DNA from: an uncultured Gammaproteobacteria bacterium
Lineage (GTDB): Bacteria; Patescibacteriota; Patescibacteriia; UBA10025; JAHIVO01
Direction: 5' to 3'
Assembly: GCA_964415025.1 (NCBI GenBank)
Contig: CAYPXF010000002.1
Coordinates: 11,825-75,824 of the forward strand
Length of the DNA: 64,000 nucleotides
Shown: piece after piece, positions 1 to 10,042 of the stretch
Numbering within the stretch: the first letter of the stretch is position 1
How the letters are laid out: each line of letters starts with the position of its first letter
Made by a program: the position numbers and the translations under genes
Notes under the pieces: generated by a model
Told to the model about the DNA's origin: nothing
The model's input: the letters and a program-made list of their open reading frames with translations, nothing else
Databases searched by the model: none

Positions 1-229
1 GCTTAAATATTGATAACTGTTTTTGGCCGCTGGCGCGTAATGCGAACCTGGCCATTACTTTGCGCCGTAACCGGTTTTCGATCAATCCTTTTTTGATTCG
101 CTGTTCTTTATTCTGCTGTAATATTGATATATTAATCGCGGCGATAACGGGAAATTTCTTAGCAATGATGTATACAATCACGCCGAGGGCGAACACAATT
201 ATGATGATAGCAATATAATCTAATATCAT
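1..229 (-). CDS. hypothetical small membrane protein; N-terminal part only, the gene runs off the window start
   Basis: Manual minus-strand translation from the ATG at 229..227: MILDYIAIIIIVFALGVIVYIIAKKFPVIAAINISILQQNKEQRIKK... One TM helix, then a basic segment, with no stop before position 1. The start overlaps the yaaT stop as ATGA. Confidence 0.35.
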   Translation of the reverse strand, partial: MILDYIAIIIIVFALGVIVYIIAKKFPVIAAINISILQQNKEQRIKKGLIENRLRRKVMARFALRASGQKQLSIFK

Positions 230-1020
230 AGCTGTTTAATCTCTTTTAGTGGCAGTTCATGGATATCCTTTTCAACCCGTACGGTAACTGTTTTTTTTAT
301 TACATTGCATGAAAGCACCCTGCCCGTACCGTGCTGTGTTTTGACCTGACTGTCCGGCGTGGGAAATTTCTTCATCGCCTCTTCATAAAACCCTGATTCA
401 AACGAGAGACAGCACATCAAACGGCCGCACGCCCCGGAAATACGATCACTGCCCCGGTTGTGTACCTGCTGTACGCGGGCCATGTCGGTGGTAATACTGC
501 CCATATCTTTGGCAAACCCGCAACACAGAGACCGCCCGCATGGTCCGATACCGCCGGACTGCTTGGTCTCATCACGAATACCGATCTGCTGCAGCCGTAT
601 TGACTTCTGAAATGTCCGCGCCATATCTTTCACCAGTTCCCGAAAATCAATCCTGCCGTCAGCTGTGAAAATAAATGTTAATTTACCGCCCTCATACGAA
701 AACACGCAATCAACAAGCTTCATGGATAACTGATACCTCTTTACCAGTGCCCGTGCTTTTTCTAATACCGTCACTTTTTTTACGCTGTTTTCTTCAGCTC
801 TGCGAATATCCTCATTCGTCGCCAGACGGATAACCTGCTGGCTAATACCCTGGACGTGTTGCGATTCTACCGCCGTCGATGAAGTGATTGTGCCCAGCTC
901 AATCCCCTGTTCAATCTTTGCTATCACTTGATCGCCTGGTTTGAGGGTTAGTTCTCCGGCGTCATAGTGATGGACCTGTCCCCACGGATTGAACTGAATT
1001 CCAACTACCCGTCGGTTCAT
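226..1020 (-). CDS. yaaT: PSP1 C-terminal domain protein (YaaT/RicT-like)
   Basis: 264-aa ORF with the conserved Cys pairs GPCGRSLCC and GACGRLMCC typical of the YaaT/PSP1 family. Confidence 0.8.
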   Translation of the reverse strand: MNRRVVGIQFNPWGQVHHYDAGELTLKPGDQVIAKIEQGIELGTITSSTAVESQHVQGISQQVIRLATNEDIRRAEENSVKKVTVLEKARALVKRYQLSMKLVDCVFSYEGGKLTFIFTADGRIDFRELVKDMARTFQKSIRLQQIGIRDETKQSGGIGPCGRSLCCGFAKDMGSITTDMARVQQVHNRGSDRISGACGRLMCCLSFESGFYEEAMKKFPTPDSQVKTQHGTGRVLSCNVIKKTVTVRVEKDIHELPLKEIKQL

Positions 1021-1604
1021 AGAGCGATGCGCTGGAATTCAGCAATTTTAATATTTTCTCCCAATTTGACCACATGTTCCTGGATCAGCTGCTCAATCGT
1101 TATGTCATCATTTTTAATAAATGGCTGTTTAACAAGGCATGCGTCTGCATAGTATTTCTCTAATTTGCCGGCAATAATTTTCTCCCATATGCTTTCTGGC
1201 TTGTCTTCCTGGCGCAGTTGTGTCTGGTATATTTCCTTTTCCTTGGCAATAATTTCCGTCGGGACCTCTGCTGGCGCCAGGTACTGCGGATCAGTCGCGG
1301 CGACCTGCATCGCAATATCATGGGCTAAATGCTGAAAATCATCTGTCTTGGCGACAAAGTCAGTTTCACAGGAAATCGCTGCCAACGATGCCACCTTACC
1401 GTTAGCATGGACGTACGAACCGATTGTCCCTTCGGCAGTAGTCCGGTCCTGTTTCTTGGCTGCTACTTTTTGTCCCTGCTTTTTGAGATAATCGATAGCT
1501 TGCTCATAATTACCGTCACTCTTTTCCAGCGCGGCCTTTGCGTCCATCAAGCCAACGCCTGTTTGTTCTCGTAATTTTTGAATCGTAGCCGTATCAATTG
1601 ACAT
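1017..1604 (-). CDS. tsf: translation elongation factor Ts
   Basis: N-terminal TAAQVKELRE-like motif (ATIQKLREQTGVGLMDAKAAL) and an EF-Ts dimerisation core. Lies downstream of rpsB in the canonical rpsB-tsf order. Confidence 0.9.
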   Translation of the reverse strand: MSIDTATIQKLREQTGVGLMDAKAALEKSDGNYEQAIDYLKKQGQKVAAKKQDRTTAEGTIGSYVHANGKVASLAAISCETDFVAKTDDFQHLAHDIAMQVAATDPQYLAPAEVPTEIIAKEKEIYQTQLRQEDKPESIWEKIIAGKLEKYYADACLVKQPFIKNDDITIEQLIQEHVVKLGENIKIAEFQRIAL

Positions 1605-1605
1605 A

Positions 1606-2358
1606 TTATGCTTCCTGTTTAGTTTGTTCGTCGGCGGTTTCTTTTTTTTCCGCTGCCTGTGGCGCTGCCTTTTGCTGCTGGTGCTGCCCCTCCCTGACCG
1701 CCGCTGCTAAATAACTCGCCAAAAACTCAATCGCTTTAGTTGCGTCGTCATTCGCCGGTATAGGATACTCAACCAAGGTCGGGTTCGTATTCGTGTCAGT
1801 GATTGCCACGACTGGTATGTTTGTTTTATGGGCCTCACGCAGGGCTGTTTTTTCTTTTTTAATATCAATAATCACGATCGCGTTAGGTTTTTTATCCATG
1901 TCTTGGATCCCCCCAATAGCCGTTTCCAAATTGCTGATTTCTTCATCGAATTTTAGTTGTTCCAGCTTGGTATATTTTTCCAGTTCACCGCTCTCGCGCT
2001 TACTCCGCAGATCTTTTAGCCGTTGGGCTAGTTTATGGATATTTTCAAAATTCGTCAGCGTACCGCCGATCCAGCGTTCAGTCACAAATGGCATACCGAC
2101 TGATTCGGCTTCTTTTTTCACGATTCCCTGCGCCTGCCGTTTGGTCGAAACAAACAGCACCGTGCCGCCCTTGGCTACGGTTTGCTTGAGAAAATCGGCT
2201 GCCTCGGTAAGCTTGGCAGCGGTCTTTTCCAGGTCAATGATATGAATACCGGAGCGCATAGCATAAATATACTGTTCCATCTTCGGATGCCAGCGCTTTT
2301 TTTGATGCCCAAAGTGTATACCACTTTTGAGCATCTCCATGAGAGATAATTCCTGCAT
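1606..2358 (-). CDS. rpsB: 30S ribosomal protein S2
   Basis: MLKSGIHFGHQKKRWHPKM signature. SD AAAGGA lies upstream. Has a Q/K/A-rich C-terminal tail. Confidence 0.9.
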   Translation of the reverse strand: MQELSLMEMLKSGIHFGHQKKRWHPKMEQYIYAMRSGIHIIDLEKTAAKLTEAADFLKQTVAKGGTVLFVSTKRQAQGIVKKEAESVGMPFVTERWIGGTLTNFENIHKLAQRLKDLRSKRESGELEKYTKLEQLKFDEEISNLETAIGGIQDMDKKPNAIVIIDIKKEKTALREAHKTNIPVVAITDTNTNPTLVEYPIPANDDATKAIEFLASYLAAAVREGQHQQQKAAPQAAEKKETADEQTKQEA

Positions 2359-2406
2359 ATTGTTATTCCTTTGGTTACCGCTGTTTTCATCATTCTGAAG
2401 TGCTAA

Positions 2407-2432
2407 CCTTTGTTTTTTCAGTAAAACAAAGG
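2407..2432 (-). promoter_or_regulatory. perfect 10-bp-stem hairpin in the rpsB 5' leader (CCTTTGTTTT ttcagt AAAACAAAGG)
   Basis: Exact inverted repeat read directly from the sequence, about 50 nt upstream of the rpsB ATG on the transcribed strand. Confidence 0.4.
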
Positions 2433-2581
2433 CAAGGGTGCGCTTCAGTCAGAAAACATGGGGGATTAATTAATAATCGTATAATAACAAAACTAGCTAC
2501 AATAAGTCAAGTTGTCGCAAGCCTTGCCAAATTTTCAGCCGTTTGATAGACTAAACGTTACTATCATTTACTATTACTGTC

Positions 2582-2866
2582 ATGAAAAAAGAAATTCATC
2601 CAGCATTCCATACTGATGCTAAGGTGACCTGCGCCTGCGGCAATAGTTTTGTCACCGGCTCAACCGCCAAATCCATCAATGTTGAAATATGTTCCATGTG
2701 CCATCCATTTTTCACTGGCAAGCAAAAACTGGTTGATGACCGTGGCCGCGTCGAACGGTTTAAGCGCCTGATGGAGAAGCGATCGCAGATGAGCGCTGGC
2801 CAGGATAAGAAAGCCAAGCAGGCAGCCCGGACGAAGAACAAGCAAGGCAAGCAGCAGGAACAATAA
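2582..2866 (+). CDS. rpmE: 50S ribosomal protein L31, Zn-ribbon type
   Basis: CxC...CxxCH zinc motif ([20 protein letters not shown]) with a lysine-rich C-terminal extension. Confidence 0.85.
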   Translation: MKKEIHPAFHTDAKVTCACGNSFVTGSTAKSINVEICSMCHPFFTGKQKLVDDRGRVERFKRLMEKRSQMSAGQDKKAKQAARTKNKQGKQQEQ

Positions 2867-2911
2867 CACTTTTATTAATACGGCCTGTCTAGTATAATAC
2901 AGTCAGGCTTT

Positions 2912-3964
2912 TTGTTTATGTCAAAAGATATTACCCACATCCAATCACGGTATGATGAATTAGAGCAGCAGCTGCAGTCTCCGGAGGTTATTAATGATGC
3001 CAAAAAACTAGAACAGGTCTCTAAGGAATATAATGAATGTAGCGGAATTATTCAGCAACACCAGGAGCTCCGGCGTATTGAGCAGGCCATCGCCGACGCT
3101 GAACAGGCACTGGCCGAGCAGGATGCAGAGCTCCGCGCCATGGCTGAACAGGAGCTTCCCGGACTGCAGCAAAAAGCCGCTGTTTTGCGTGATCAGATAG
3201 AAGAATTGATCAGCCCGGCTGATCCGCTTGACGCCCGTGATATTATCATCGAAATCAGAGCTGGCACCGGGGGGGAGGAGGCGGCGCTGTTTGCCGCTAA
3301 TTTGTTCCGTATGTACCAGCGTTATGCCGAACGTCTGGAGTGGAAAACAAACCTTATTTCACGGAGCCGAACCGGCATTGGCGGGTTTAAGGAAATTATT
3401 TTCGAAATCAAGGGCACCAGGGTTTACAGCAATCTCAAATATGAGAGCGGCGTACATCGAGTGCAGCGTGTGCCAGAAACAGAAAAAAGCGGCCGTATCC
3501 ATACCTCTGCCGCGACTGTAGCGGTGCTGGCCGAGGCAGAGGAAGTTGACCTGAAAATCAAACCAGAAGACCTGGACATCCAAATAACCACCTCATCTGG
3601 CCACGGCGGCCAATCGGTCAATACCACCTATTCAGCCGTACGTATCGTGCATAAACCAACCGGTCTTGTCGTCATTTGCCAGGATGAACGCTCCCAGCGG
3701 CAAAACAAGGAAAAGGCGCTCCAGGTATTGCGCTCTCGCCTGCTGGCAGAAGAGGAAGAAAAGCGGAACAAAGAACGCGCCGCCGAGCGCAAAAGCCAGG
3801 TCGGCAGCGGCGACCGATCAGAAAAAATCCGTACGTATAATTTTCCCCAGGACCGCGTGACTGACCACCGTATCAAAAAAAGCTATCATAACCTGGACCA
3901 GATTTTGGACGGAGATATTGACACCTTGATCAACGATCTGAAAACAGCTGACAAACAAACATAA
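2912..3964 (+). CDS. prfA: peptide chain release factor 1
   Basis: GGQ motif ([11 protein letters not shown]) and a PxT-type codon-recognition tripeptide (PET). Confidence 0.9.
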   Translation: MFMSKDITHIQSRYDELEQQLQSPEVINDAKKLEQVSKEYNECSGIIQQHQELRRIEQAIADAEQALAEQDAELRAMAEQELPGLQQKAAVLRDQIEELISPADPLDARDIIIEIRAGTGGEEAALFAANLFRMYQRYAERLEWKTNLISRSRTGIGGFKEIIFEIKGTRVYSNLKYESGVHRVQRVPETEKSGRIHTSAATVAVLAEAEEVDLKIKPEDLDIQITTSSGHGGQSVNTTYSAVRIVHKPTGLVVICQDERSQRQNKEKALQVLRSRLLAEEEEKRNKERAAERKSQVGSGDRSEKIRTYNFPQDRVTDHRIKKSYHNLDQILDGDIDTLINDLKTADKQT

Positions 3965-4824
3965 TGACCATACAGCAAACACTTTATACGGCTGTTAATA
4001 AATTGCGGAAAAAAGGTATTAATTCGGCCCATCTGGATGCTGAAGTACTCTTGGCATTTGTTATGAAAAAACCAAAAACATATCTACTGGCCCACCCTGA
4101 TAAAAAAATGACGACAGGCCAACGGCGGCGTTTTGCGGCGCTTATCCGCAAACGGCTCAATGGTATGCCAATCGCCTATATGACTGGAACCAAGGAGTTT
4201 TACGGACTGGAATTCCATGTTGATAAACACGTCCTCATACCCCGTCCTGATACGGAAATACTGATCGAACAGGCAATCAAGGCGGCTCGCGATATGACCA
4301 AAAAACACGCCGATGCGCATACGTTTGTTTTGACAGATATTGGCACCGGTTCTGGTTGCATCGCGGTAACACTGGCTAAATATTTACCAGGATATAAAAT
4401 CATAGCCACTGATATATCAGCACCGGCGCTAAAAGTAGCGAGACAAAATGCCCGCACACATAAAGTCGCCAGCCGCATCACGTTTAAGCAGGGAGACTTG
4501 CTCAAACCATTACAGCGCAATAAGACAAATCCTTTTATCCACATACTGACCGCTAACCTCCCCTACCTGACGAGGGACGAACTCGAGAACGTACCGCACG
4601 AACCGGCCAAAGCGCTCGACGGCGGTAAAATGGGACTGCAATTAATTGAGCGACTGCTTGCCACATTGCCACAAGTACTCATGCCGCAGGGCATGGCATT
4701 ATTAGAAATTGCCCCTACCCAGACAGATGCGGTGCGCTACCTCACTGAACAGCACTTGCCCGAACGGTCAGTGTTTTTTATTAAGGATCTGGGCCGGCGG
4801 GATCGGATTGCGAAAATTATTTAA
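3964..4824 (+). CDS. prmC: release factor glutamine N5-methyltransferase PrmC/HemK
   Basis: SAM-binding motif TDIGTGSGCIA and an NLPY (NPPY-like) catalytic motif. Its start overlaps the prfA stop (ATAATGA). Confidence 0.85.
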   Translation: MTIQQTLYTAVNKLRKKGINSAHLDAEVLLAFVMKKPKTYLLAHPDKKMTTGQRRRFAALIRKRLNGMPIAYMTGTKEFYGLEFHVDKHVLIPRPDTEILIEQAIKAARDMTKKHADAHTFVLTDIGTGSGCIAVTLAKYLPGYKIIATDISAPALKVARQNARTHKVASRITFKQGDLLKPLQRNKTNPFIHILTANLPYLTRDELENVPHEPAKALDGGKMGLQLIERLLATLPQVLMPQGMALLEIAPTQTDAVRYLTEQHLPERSVFFIKDLGRRDRIAKII

Positions 4825-4846
4825 ACAACCCTTTGACCGAGCACGC

Positions 4847-4875
4847 TTGTACCCGATGCTGGTTTTTGCTATACT
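4847..4875 (+). promoter_or_regulatory. sigma-70-like promoter TTGTAC-17-TATACT
   Basis: The -35 box, 17-nt spacer and -10 box are read directly, downstream of the prmC stop. Confidence 0.35.
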
Positions 4876-5358
4876 GTATCCGCCTTTAAAAACAGGCATT
4901 ATTGCTCATTCTAATTGGTTACCGAGGAGGTGATATCCATGGGTAACCTACGTACTTTTCATGACTTCGTATGTCAGGTTATTGATCACAACACCAAGCG
5001 GCCGAATGGCCATATTGGTGAATGGTTGCTACTGCGGCCCATGCCGAATTTTCGGTTGGTCCCCGCTCTGCCGCTCTGGCTCTGTTTTGTAACGATTGAA
5101 CGTCGAGACAAGAAGCGATTGACAGGTCTCTTGTCGATGATGGAGCTGCGAGATACTATTCTGCAGTTGCATGTCCGTACCTTGCATCAAACACATATTA
5201 TCGAAATCCCACTTATCGAAATTCACACTATCGCAATCACGAACAGAAGAGAGCTGCACATTGCTGTAGATACAATGCTGCCAAAAACAAAAGGAGAAAT
5301 ACGTGAAAGTACTTTCCCATCCGCTATACCGAGCATTCGGTGTCAACCTGACCACCTA

Positions 5359-5412
5359 AAGCCGCCACGACAAAAACAATCATATGATTGCATACGAGTG
5401 GTGGCTTTTTCT
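5359..5412 (+). terminator. putative rho-independent terminator: long imperfect stem (AAGCCGCCACGAC...GAGTGGTGGCTT) followed by TTTTT
   Basis: Inverted repeat plus a T-run read directly. It would end a transcript from the 4847 promoter. Confidence 0.35.
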
Positions 5413-6572
5413 TATTTATATAGGACGTCCTGCGTCTTGGTCAGAATATGCACCCAGGTAGTGCCACGATTGAGCGCAATTTCTTTGCCGTCAGAATCAT
5501 AAAAGCGCGTCCGGTCAGTACGGCTGTTTTTTTGCCAGGTAGCCTGGATAGCCATACCGTCACGAAACACCCAGGCGTCACCGATTCCTCCTACATAAAT
5601 ATCCAGCCGGCCCTTGCCTCCCTCATATACCGGAGCCTCGGTCAGCTGGACGATCACGTTTTTCACGCTGATTTGATTACCGGTACGCGCGTCCACATGC
5701 GGCTCACCCGCGTTAAAACGTGCATAGTGGTTCTGTTGGCGGTCATATATGTAGTTAACGCGATACGTGGATCCGCCGGAAAAATTAAATTCTACCTCAC
5801 GGCCGTTCTCACCCCGATCAGCTAGCGCTGCTTCGTCCTTAAACGTCCACGTGTCAATAACTGCCGGAACATCGAGCAGCTCATGATCACGCAGAGCATA
5901 GTTTATTTTTTCCGACGATGTCACCAGGTTATGCGGTGCGTACTTCGAGGTGTCCCGCCAAAAATACTTGGCGTCACTGGATAAAGCTTCCAGGTCCTTG
6001 ATGCTGTTTTCCCGGATAACAGTCAATGCCTTTGGACTGCCACCGGCGTGGGCGTAGAGCGCATCGTATTCAGACACCCATTCCAGATAGTACGGCCGGG
6101 CTGACCTGACCGGCATAATTTGTTCAATCTCCACCGATGGATCAAACACTGCCATAAATCTCGTCGCGCCGCCCTCAACGAGCGCTTCGTAGACCACGCT
6201 GGCAGAACTCAAACCGCTCTGTGGCCTGACAGACCGCAGATTTTCGATCATAATCGCATAGGGCCACAGCGCCGCCTTATCAGCAGCGTCCACGCGTATA
6301 CCGTCTAAAACGCGCGTATACTGATCAGATCCCGTGTCCTCCCGTGACGTTGTCGCGCTGGTACCGCCGGTAGTAATGCGTTCGTACGTACCGGCCATAT
6401 GTTGCCATTGCTGCTGCCACTGGCAACCGGTGATAAGCCAGGTAACAATCATCGCCCCGATAAAAAATAAAACAATCCATAGCGCGCCATGGGGCTGTTG
6501 TGCCTGCTGCCATACTGTCGTGGGTTTTGTACGCTGTTTGGCTGCCGGTTCTTTATTAGTGTTTTGTGCCAC
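5412..6572 (-). CDS. DUF3048 (YerB-like) membrane-anchored protein, paralog 1
   Basis: N-terminal TM helix. Conserved blocks PYAIMIENLRSVRPQSGL...VYEALVEGGATRFMAVF...RSARPYYLEW are shared with the neighbouring paralog. A GTG start is likely. Confidence 0.65.
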   Translation of the reverse strand: MAQNTNKEPAAKQRTKPTTVWQQAQQPHGALWIVLFFIGAMIVTWLITGCQWQQQWQHMAGTYERITTGGTSATTSREDTGSDQYTRVLDGIRVDAADKAALWPYAIMIENLRSVRPQSGLSSASVVYEALVEGGATRFMAVFDPSVEIEQIMPVRSARPYYLEWVSEYDALYAHAGGSPKALTVIRENSIKDLEALSSDAKYFWRDTSKYAPHNLVTSSEKINYALRDHELLDVPAVIDTWTFKDEAALADRGENGREVEFNFSGGSTYRVNYIYDRQQNHYARFNAGEPHVDARTGNQISVKNVIVQLTEAPVYEGGKGRLDIYVGGIGDAWVFRDGMAIQATWQKNSRTDRTRFYDSDGKEIALNRGTTWVHILTKTQDVLYK

Positions 6573-6583
6573 GATTGAGAGTA

Positions 6584-7660
6584 TTAGAGATATTCGATCG
6601 TGCGATCAGTCGGTACTACCTCTACCCAGATCGTGCCTGCTGTTAAGGTCACCTCCCGGCCGTCAGCATCATAAAAAAACGTACGCTCGCCTGTTGCTTC
6701 CTTTTCCCACGTACCGTTGATAACACTGCCGTCACGGAAAATCATGGCCTCTCCAGTGCCTACTGTTGACATGGCTAATCTGGATTCGTCAGCCAGCGTT
6801 GTTTTCACTTTTTGCACGATAACATTTTTAGCGGTAATAACAGTACCGTCTTTATCAGAATGCTCCTCACCTGCCTGGTACCGGATATATTCATTTTCTT
6901 GGCGGTTGTATTTGTACTCGACCCGGTAATTAAATGAGGAATAATCAATACTAATGCTTTTTTCCTCGGTTGGCCGTTTGGCAAGCGGGGCATCGTCCTG
7001 GAATTTCCAGCCCTGGTATATCCCTTCTTCGGGGGCTTCTTTATCACGCAAGGCGTAGGCGGCCAGCTCGCCGGAAGTGTATAGATTATGGGGAGCGTTC
7101 CGCTCGCTGTCCCGCCAAAAATACTGTGAATTATAAAATTGGTTCAGGTCAAACACATCATACGTCTGAATGTCTTGTAATGACTGCGGACTGCCGCCAG
7201 CGTGGAAATAGAGCGCGCCGTACTCCAGTGCCCAGTCCACAAAATACGGACGGGCCGAACGGACGGGGCCAATTTCTGGGATGTTATTTCGCTCCCCGGC
7301 ATATATTGCCATGAATCGGGTAATGCCGCCTTCGGCCAAAGCTTCGTATACGACCTGCGCTTTTGATAGGCCAGACGGTGGGCGTGAGGTTACCAAGTTT
7401 TCTATCATAATCGCGACCGGATAGAGATTGGCGTTATCCGGACTGGCCTTGACGCCATCTATGGTCCGGCGCGCTGTCTTGTCGCCGGTTTTGTTAGTCA
7501 GCGTGGTTGTAATATCACTGTCCCAATCCAGAGCAAACAGCACAAACCCGAGCGCACCGGCGATGACCACGGCAGCAACAATACCGATGATCAGCCATTT
7601 TTTATTGCTGCGTTTTCCCCACACAATGTCCTTGTGCTTTTCATTTTTTTGTCCGGCCAT
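6584..7660 (-). CDS. DUF3048 (YerB-like) membrane-anchored protein, paralog 2
   Basis: Same conserved blocks (PVAIMIENLVTSRPPSGL, VYEALAEGGITRFMAIY, RSARPYFVDW). SD AAGGAGG lies 8 nt upstream of the ATG. Confidence 0.7.
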   Translation of the reverse strand: MAGQKNEKHKDIVWGKRSNKKWLIIGIVAAVVIAGALGFVLFALDWDSDITTTLTNKTGDKTARRTIDGVKASPDNANLYPVAIMIENLVTSRPPSGLSKAQVVYEALAEGGITRFMAIYAGERNNIPEIGPVRSARPYFVDWALEYGALYFHAGGSPQSLQDIQTYDVFDLNQFYNSQYFWRDSERNAPHNLYTSGELAAYALRDKEAPEEGIYQGWKFQDDAPLAKRPTEEKSISIDYSSFNYRVEYKYNRQENEYIRYQAGEEHSDKDGTVITAKNVIVQKVKTTLADESRLAMSTVGTGEAMIFRDGSVINGTWEKEATGERTFFYDADGREVTLTAGTIWVEVVPTDRTIEYL

Positions 7661-7690
7661 ATATATTCCTCCTTAGAAATAAATTGTTTT

Positions 7691-8428
7691 TTATTTCTTG
7701 TCCTGCTTATCCGCTTGCTTTTTCTCGTCTGCCTCTTTTGTTTCCTGGCCGCCTTCAGCTACTTCACCTTCTTTCTCCTCCTTCTCATCGTCGCCAACTT
7801 TTTCTACTACGCCGACTTCTTCTTCCGGCTTTTCTTCCAGTGCTTCAAGTTCAGCTTCAGTCCGCGGCGGCTGCACCTTTGCCACGACAACGCCGTCTTC
7901 TTCATCAAGCGTGACGCCCGACGGCAGGGTAATATTTTTCATCCTGATAACATCATCAAAAGTCTGAAGCGGTGAAATATCAACATCGATCTCTTTAACT
8001 AAATCCTGCGGCAAACACTCGATACGGAATGTATCGAAGTTTTTTACCAGTACACCGCCCTGTTCTTTAACCGCCGGCGAGATACCGATATAGTTTGCGT
8101 GTGCTTCTGCTGTAATTTTCTTATGCATGTCTATGGTACGTAAATCAGCATGGATAAACCGGTCCGACACGGGATCACGCTGCACTTCCTGGATCAGTAC
8201 TTTTTTTTCAGGCTGTCCGTCGATGCGCAGATCTACCAAACTACTCGAACCATAGTCCCTATAAACTGTTTCGAATTCTCGGTAATCTACCTTAAGCTTT
8301 AGATTTTCCTGCTTATCTCCATATATTACCACCGGTAAAACGCCCTGCTGGCGCAGTTGGTTGAGCTGCTTGCCGGTTTGCTCGCGTACCGTGGCGCTTA
8401 ATGTCGCCTTTTCATCTGTCGAATTCAT
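7691..8428 (-). CDS. rplY: 50S ribosomal protein L25 / general stress protein Ctc
   Basis: L25 N-terminal barrel (RQQGVLPVVIYG) plus the Ctc C-terminal domain and an acidic/lysine tail. Confidence 0.85.
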   Translation of the reverse strand: MNSTDEKATLSATVREQTGKQLNQLRQQGVLPVVIYGDKQENLKLKVDYREFETVYRDYGSSSLVDLRIDGQPEKKVLIQEVQRDPVSDRFIHADLRTIDMHKKITAEAHANYIGISPAVKEQGGVLVKNFDTFRIECLPQDLVKEIDVDISPLQTFDDVIRMKNITLPSGVTLDEEDGVVVAKVQPPRTEAELEALEEKPEEEVGVVEKVGDDEKEEKEGEVAEGGQETKEADEKKQADKQDKK

Positions 8429-8487
8429 ATTGCATTATGCTTTAGATATAAAAATAATTCTACCCTCACCAGAAATTTGTACCCATT

Positions 8488-8516
8488 AGTATAATAAAGC
8501 CGCGTCTACTTGGCAA
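8488..8516 (-). promoter_or_regulatory. sigma-70 promoter TTGCCA-17-TATACT for rplY
   Basis: Both boxes and the 17-nt spacer are read on the minus strand, about 55 nt upstream of the rplY ATG. Confidence 0.5.
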
Positions 8517-8519
8517 GGC

Positions 8520-8840
8520 CTATATTTGGCCGTTGCCTAAACAGGCATGCACTCCCAGCACCTCATCTGCCGAAATCGGCTTCGTATCTGCCATACGGCT
8601 GACATCAGCCTCTGTACAGTCAGTCAGCAGTCCGACAGAGCTTATTCCTCTTTCCTCTGAAAAAAGCAACACTACCAGGGCGCTGGCGCAAAAATTACAG
8701 GTAATATGCAGCAGCTGCGCGGGTCCAGCACTGTTAATAACCGCTGCTTCGCGTGGCGAAAACGACCGCTTACAGAGCGGACAGTAGGAAATGAGTTGCT
8801 CCTGATTTTCGATAAATTGCTTTTTGTTTTGGTTTTTCAT
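8520..8840 (-). CDS. hypothetical small Zn-ribbon-like protein (CPLC...CNFC)
   Basis: 106-aa ORF with two CxxC pairs, lying between ftsW and rplY on the same strand. Confidence 0.4.
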   Translation of the reverse strand: MKNQNKKQFIENQEQLISYCPLCKRSFSPREAAVINSAGPAQLLHITCNFCASALVVLLFSEERGISSVGLLTDCTEADVSRMADTKPISADEVLGVHACLGNGQI

Positions 8841-8899
8841 ATAGTAAGGTAATAAAAGTGGTAATACGGCAATATTATATCATGAAATTCCGACCTGTG

Positions 8900-10012
8900 T
8901 CAATGCGAACGTTTATAATGTCGTATATGGATACTTTCGGCTATGCTAATAATTATGCACGTTGCTATCAATGAGCTACCGCCATAGCTAACTAAAGGCA
9001 GCGGCACTCCCGCAATGGGCAAAAGGCCGATATTCATGCCAATATTGAGTGTCGTTTGCGCTACTAAATACAGAATCATACCGGATATCAAAAACCTGGC
9101 AAAATCATCATGGGCCATGCGGGCAATCCTCACTAAACGGTATATTACTACGGTAAAAAGCGTTATTAATAAAAGCGCCCCGATAAGCCCTAGTTCCTCG
9201 GCAATAACTGCAAAAATAAAGTCAGTCTCCTGGGCCGGCAGAAAATTGAGACGGCTCTGCGGTCCGAGACCCAGCCCCCGACCAAACACATTGCCCGACC
9301 CCACCGCAATAATCGACTGTTTTATATTGTATCCACTTCCCCACGGGTCACGCGACGGATCAATAAACGTCATGATACGATCGATTTGGTATTCCTGCAG
9401 CACAAAAAACCAACTAAACACGGATAAAGCAATGATAATGAGAAGGATCGCGATAATATATGATGACCGAATTTTGGCGATGAAGAGTAATCCCAGAAAA
9501 ATGCAGGCTAAAATTATGGCCGAGCCAAAATCCGGTTGCAGTAACACCAGAGCGATCAATGCGCCGCCTACCAGGAAGTATATGCCGAGCTGACGGACCT
9601 CGTGAATAACCGCACGCCACCTCGCCAGCAAAGCGCTCATCATTATAATCATTATAATTTTCACTAATTCGACCGGCTGAAAACCCTGGTTGCCGAACAG
9701 CAGAATCCATCCCTTAGTGCCACGCACGGTCGTGCCAAATACCAGCACCGCCACGAGCAATATAACACCGATCGCGTAGATAATCGTGCTGTAGTTCCGT
9801 AAATAACGATAATCAAGAACCATAAAAAAAAGCAGCAACACAATACCAATACAGAAAAATATTAGTTGTTTTTTAAAATTCGCAAAATCAGCGTTATCTA
9901 CGCCGTCGTCAATACTGTACAGCGCCATCAGTCCCATAGCTACTAAAAAAAAGGTTGCTGCCAGCAGCACCCAGTCTGATGTCCGTATATATGCAATAAT
10001 ACGCTGTATCAT
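8900..10012 (-). CDS. SEDS-family peptidoglycan glycosyltransferase FtsW/RodA
   Basis: 370 aa with about ten TM segments and the SEDS C-terminal block (PLPLVSYGGSSL). Confidence 0.85.
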   Translation of the reverse strand: MIQRIIAYIRTSDWVLLAATFFLVAMGLMALYSIDDGVDNADFANFKKQLIFFCIGIVLLLFFMVLDYRYLRNYSTIIYAIGVILLVAVLVFGTTVRGTKGWILLFGNQGFQPVELVKIIMIIMMSALLARWRAVIHEVRQLGIYFLVGGALIALVLLQPDFGSAIILACIFLGLLFIAKIRSSYIIAILLIIIALSVFSWFFVLQEYQIDRIMTFIDPSRDPWGSGYNIKQSIIAVGSGNVFGRGLGLGPQSRLNFLPAQETDFIFAVIAEELGLIGALLLITLFTVVIYRLVRIARMAHDDFARFLISGMILYLVAQTTLNIGMNIGLLPIAGVPLPLVSYGGSSLIATCIIISIAESIHIRHYKRSH

Positions 10013-10042
10013 ATGGCGCCTAACTATTTCCCCGACACATGG

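Noticed and set aside
4915-5502. 195-aa plus-strand ORF starting behind a strong SD
   Set aside because: It reads through a terminator and about 90 nt antisense into the next gene. Its composition and sequence show no domain-like features. I treat the SD-ATG as possibly real, for a short ORF or RNA, but not the long ORF.
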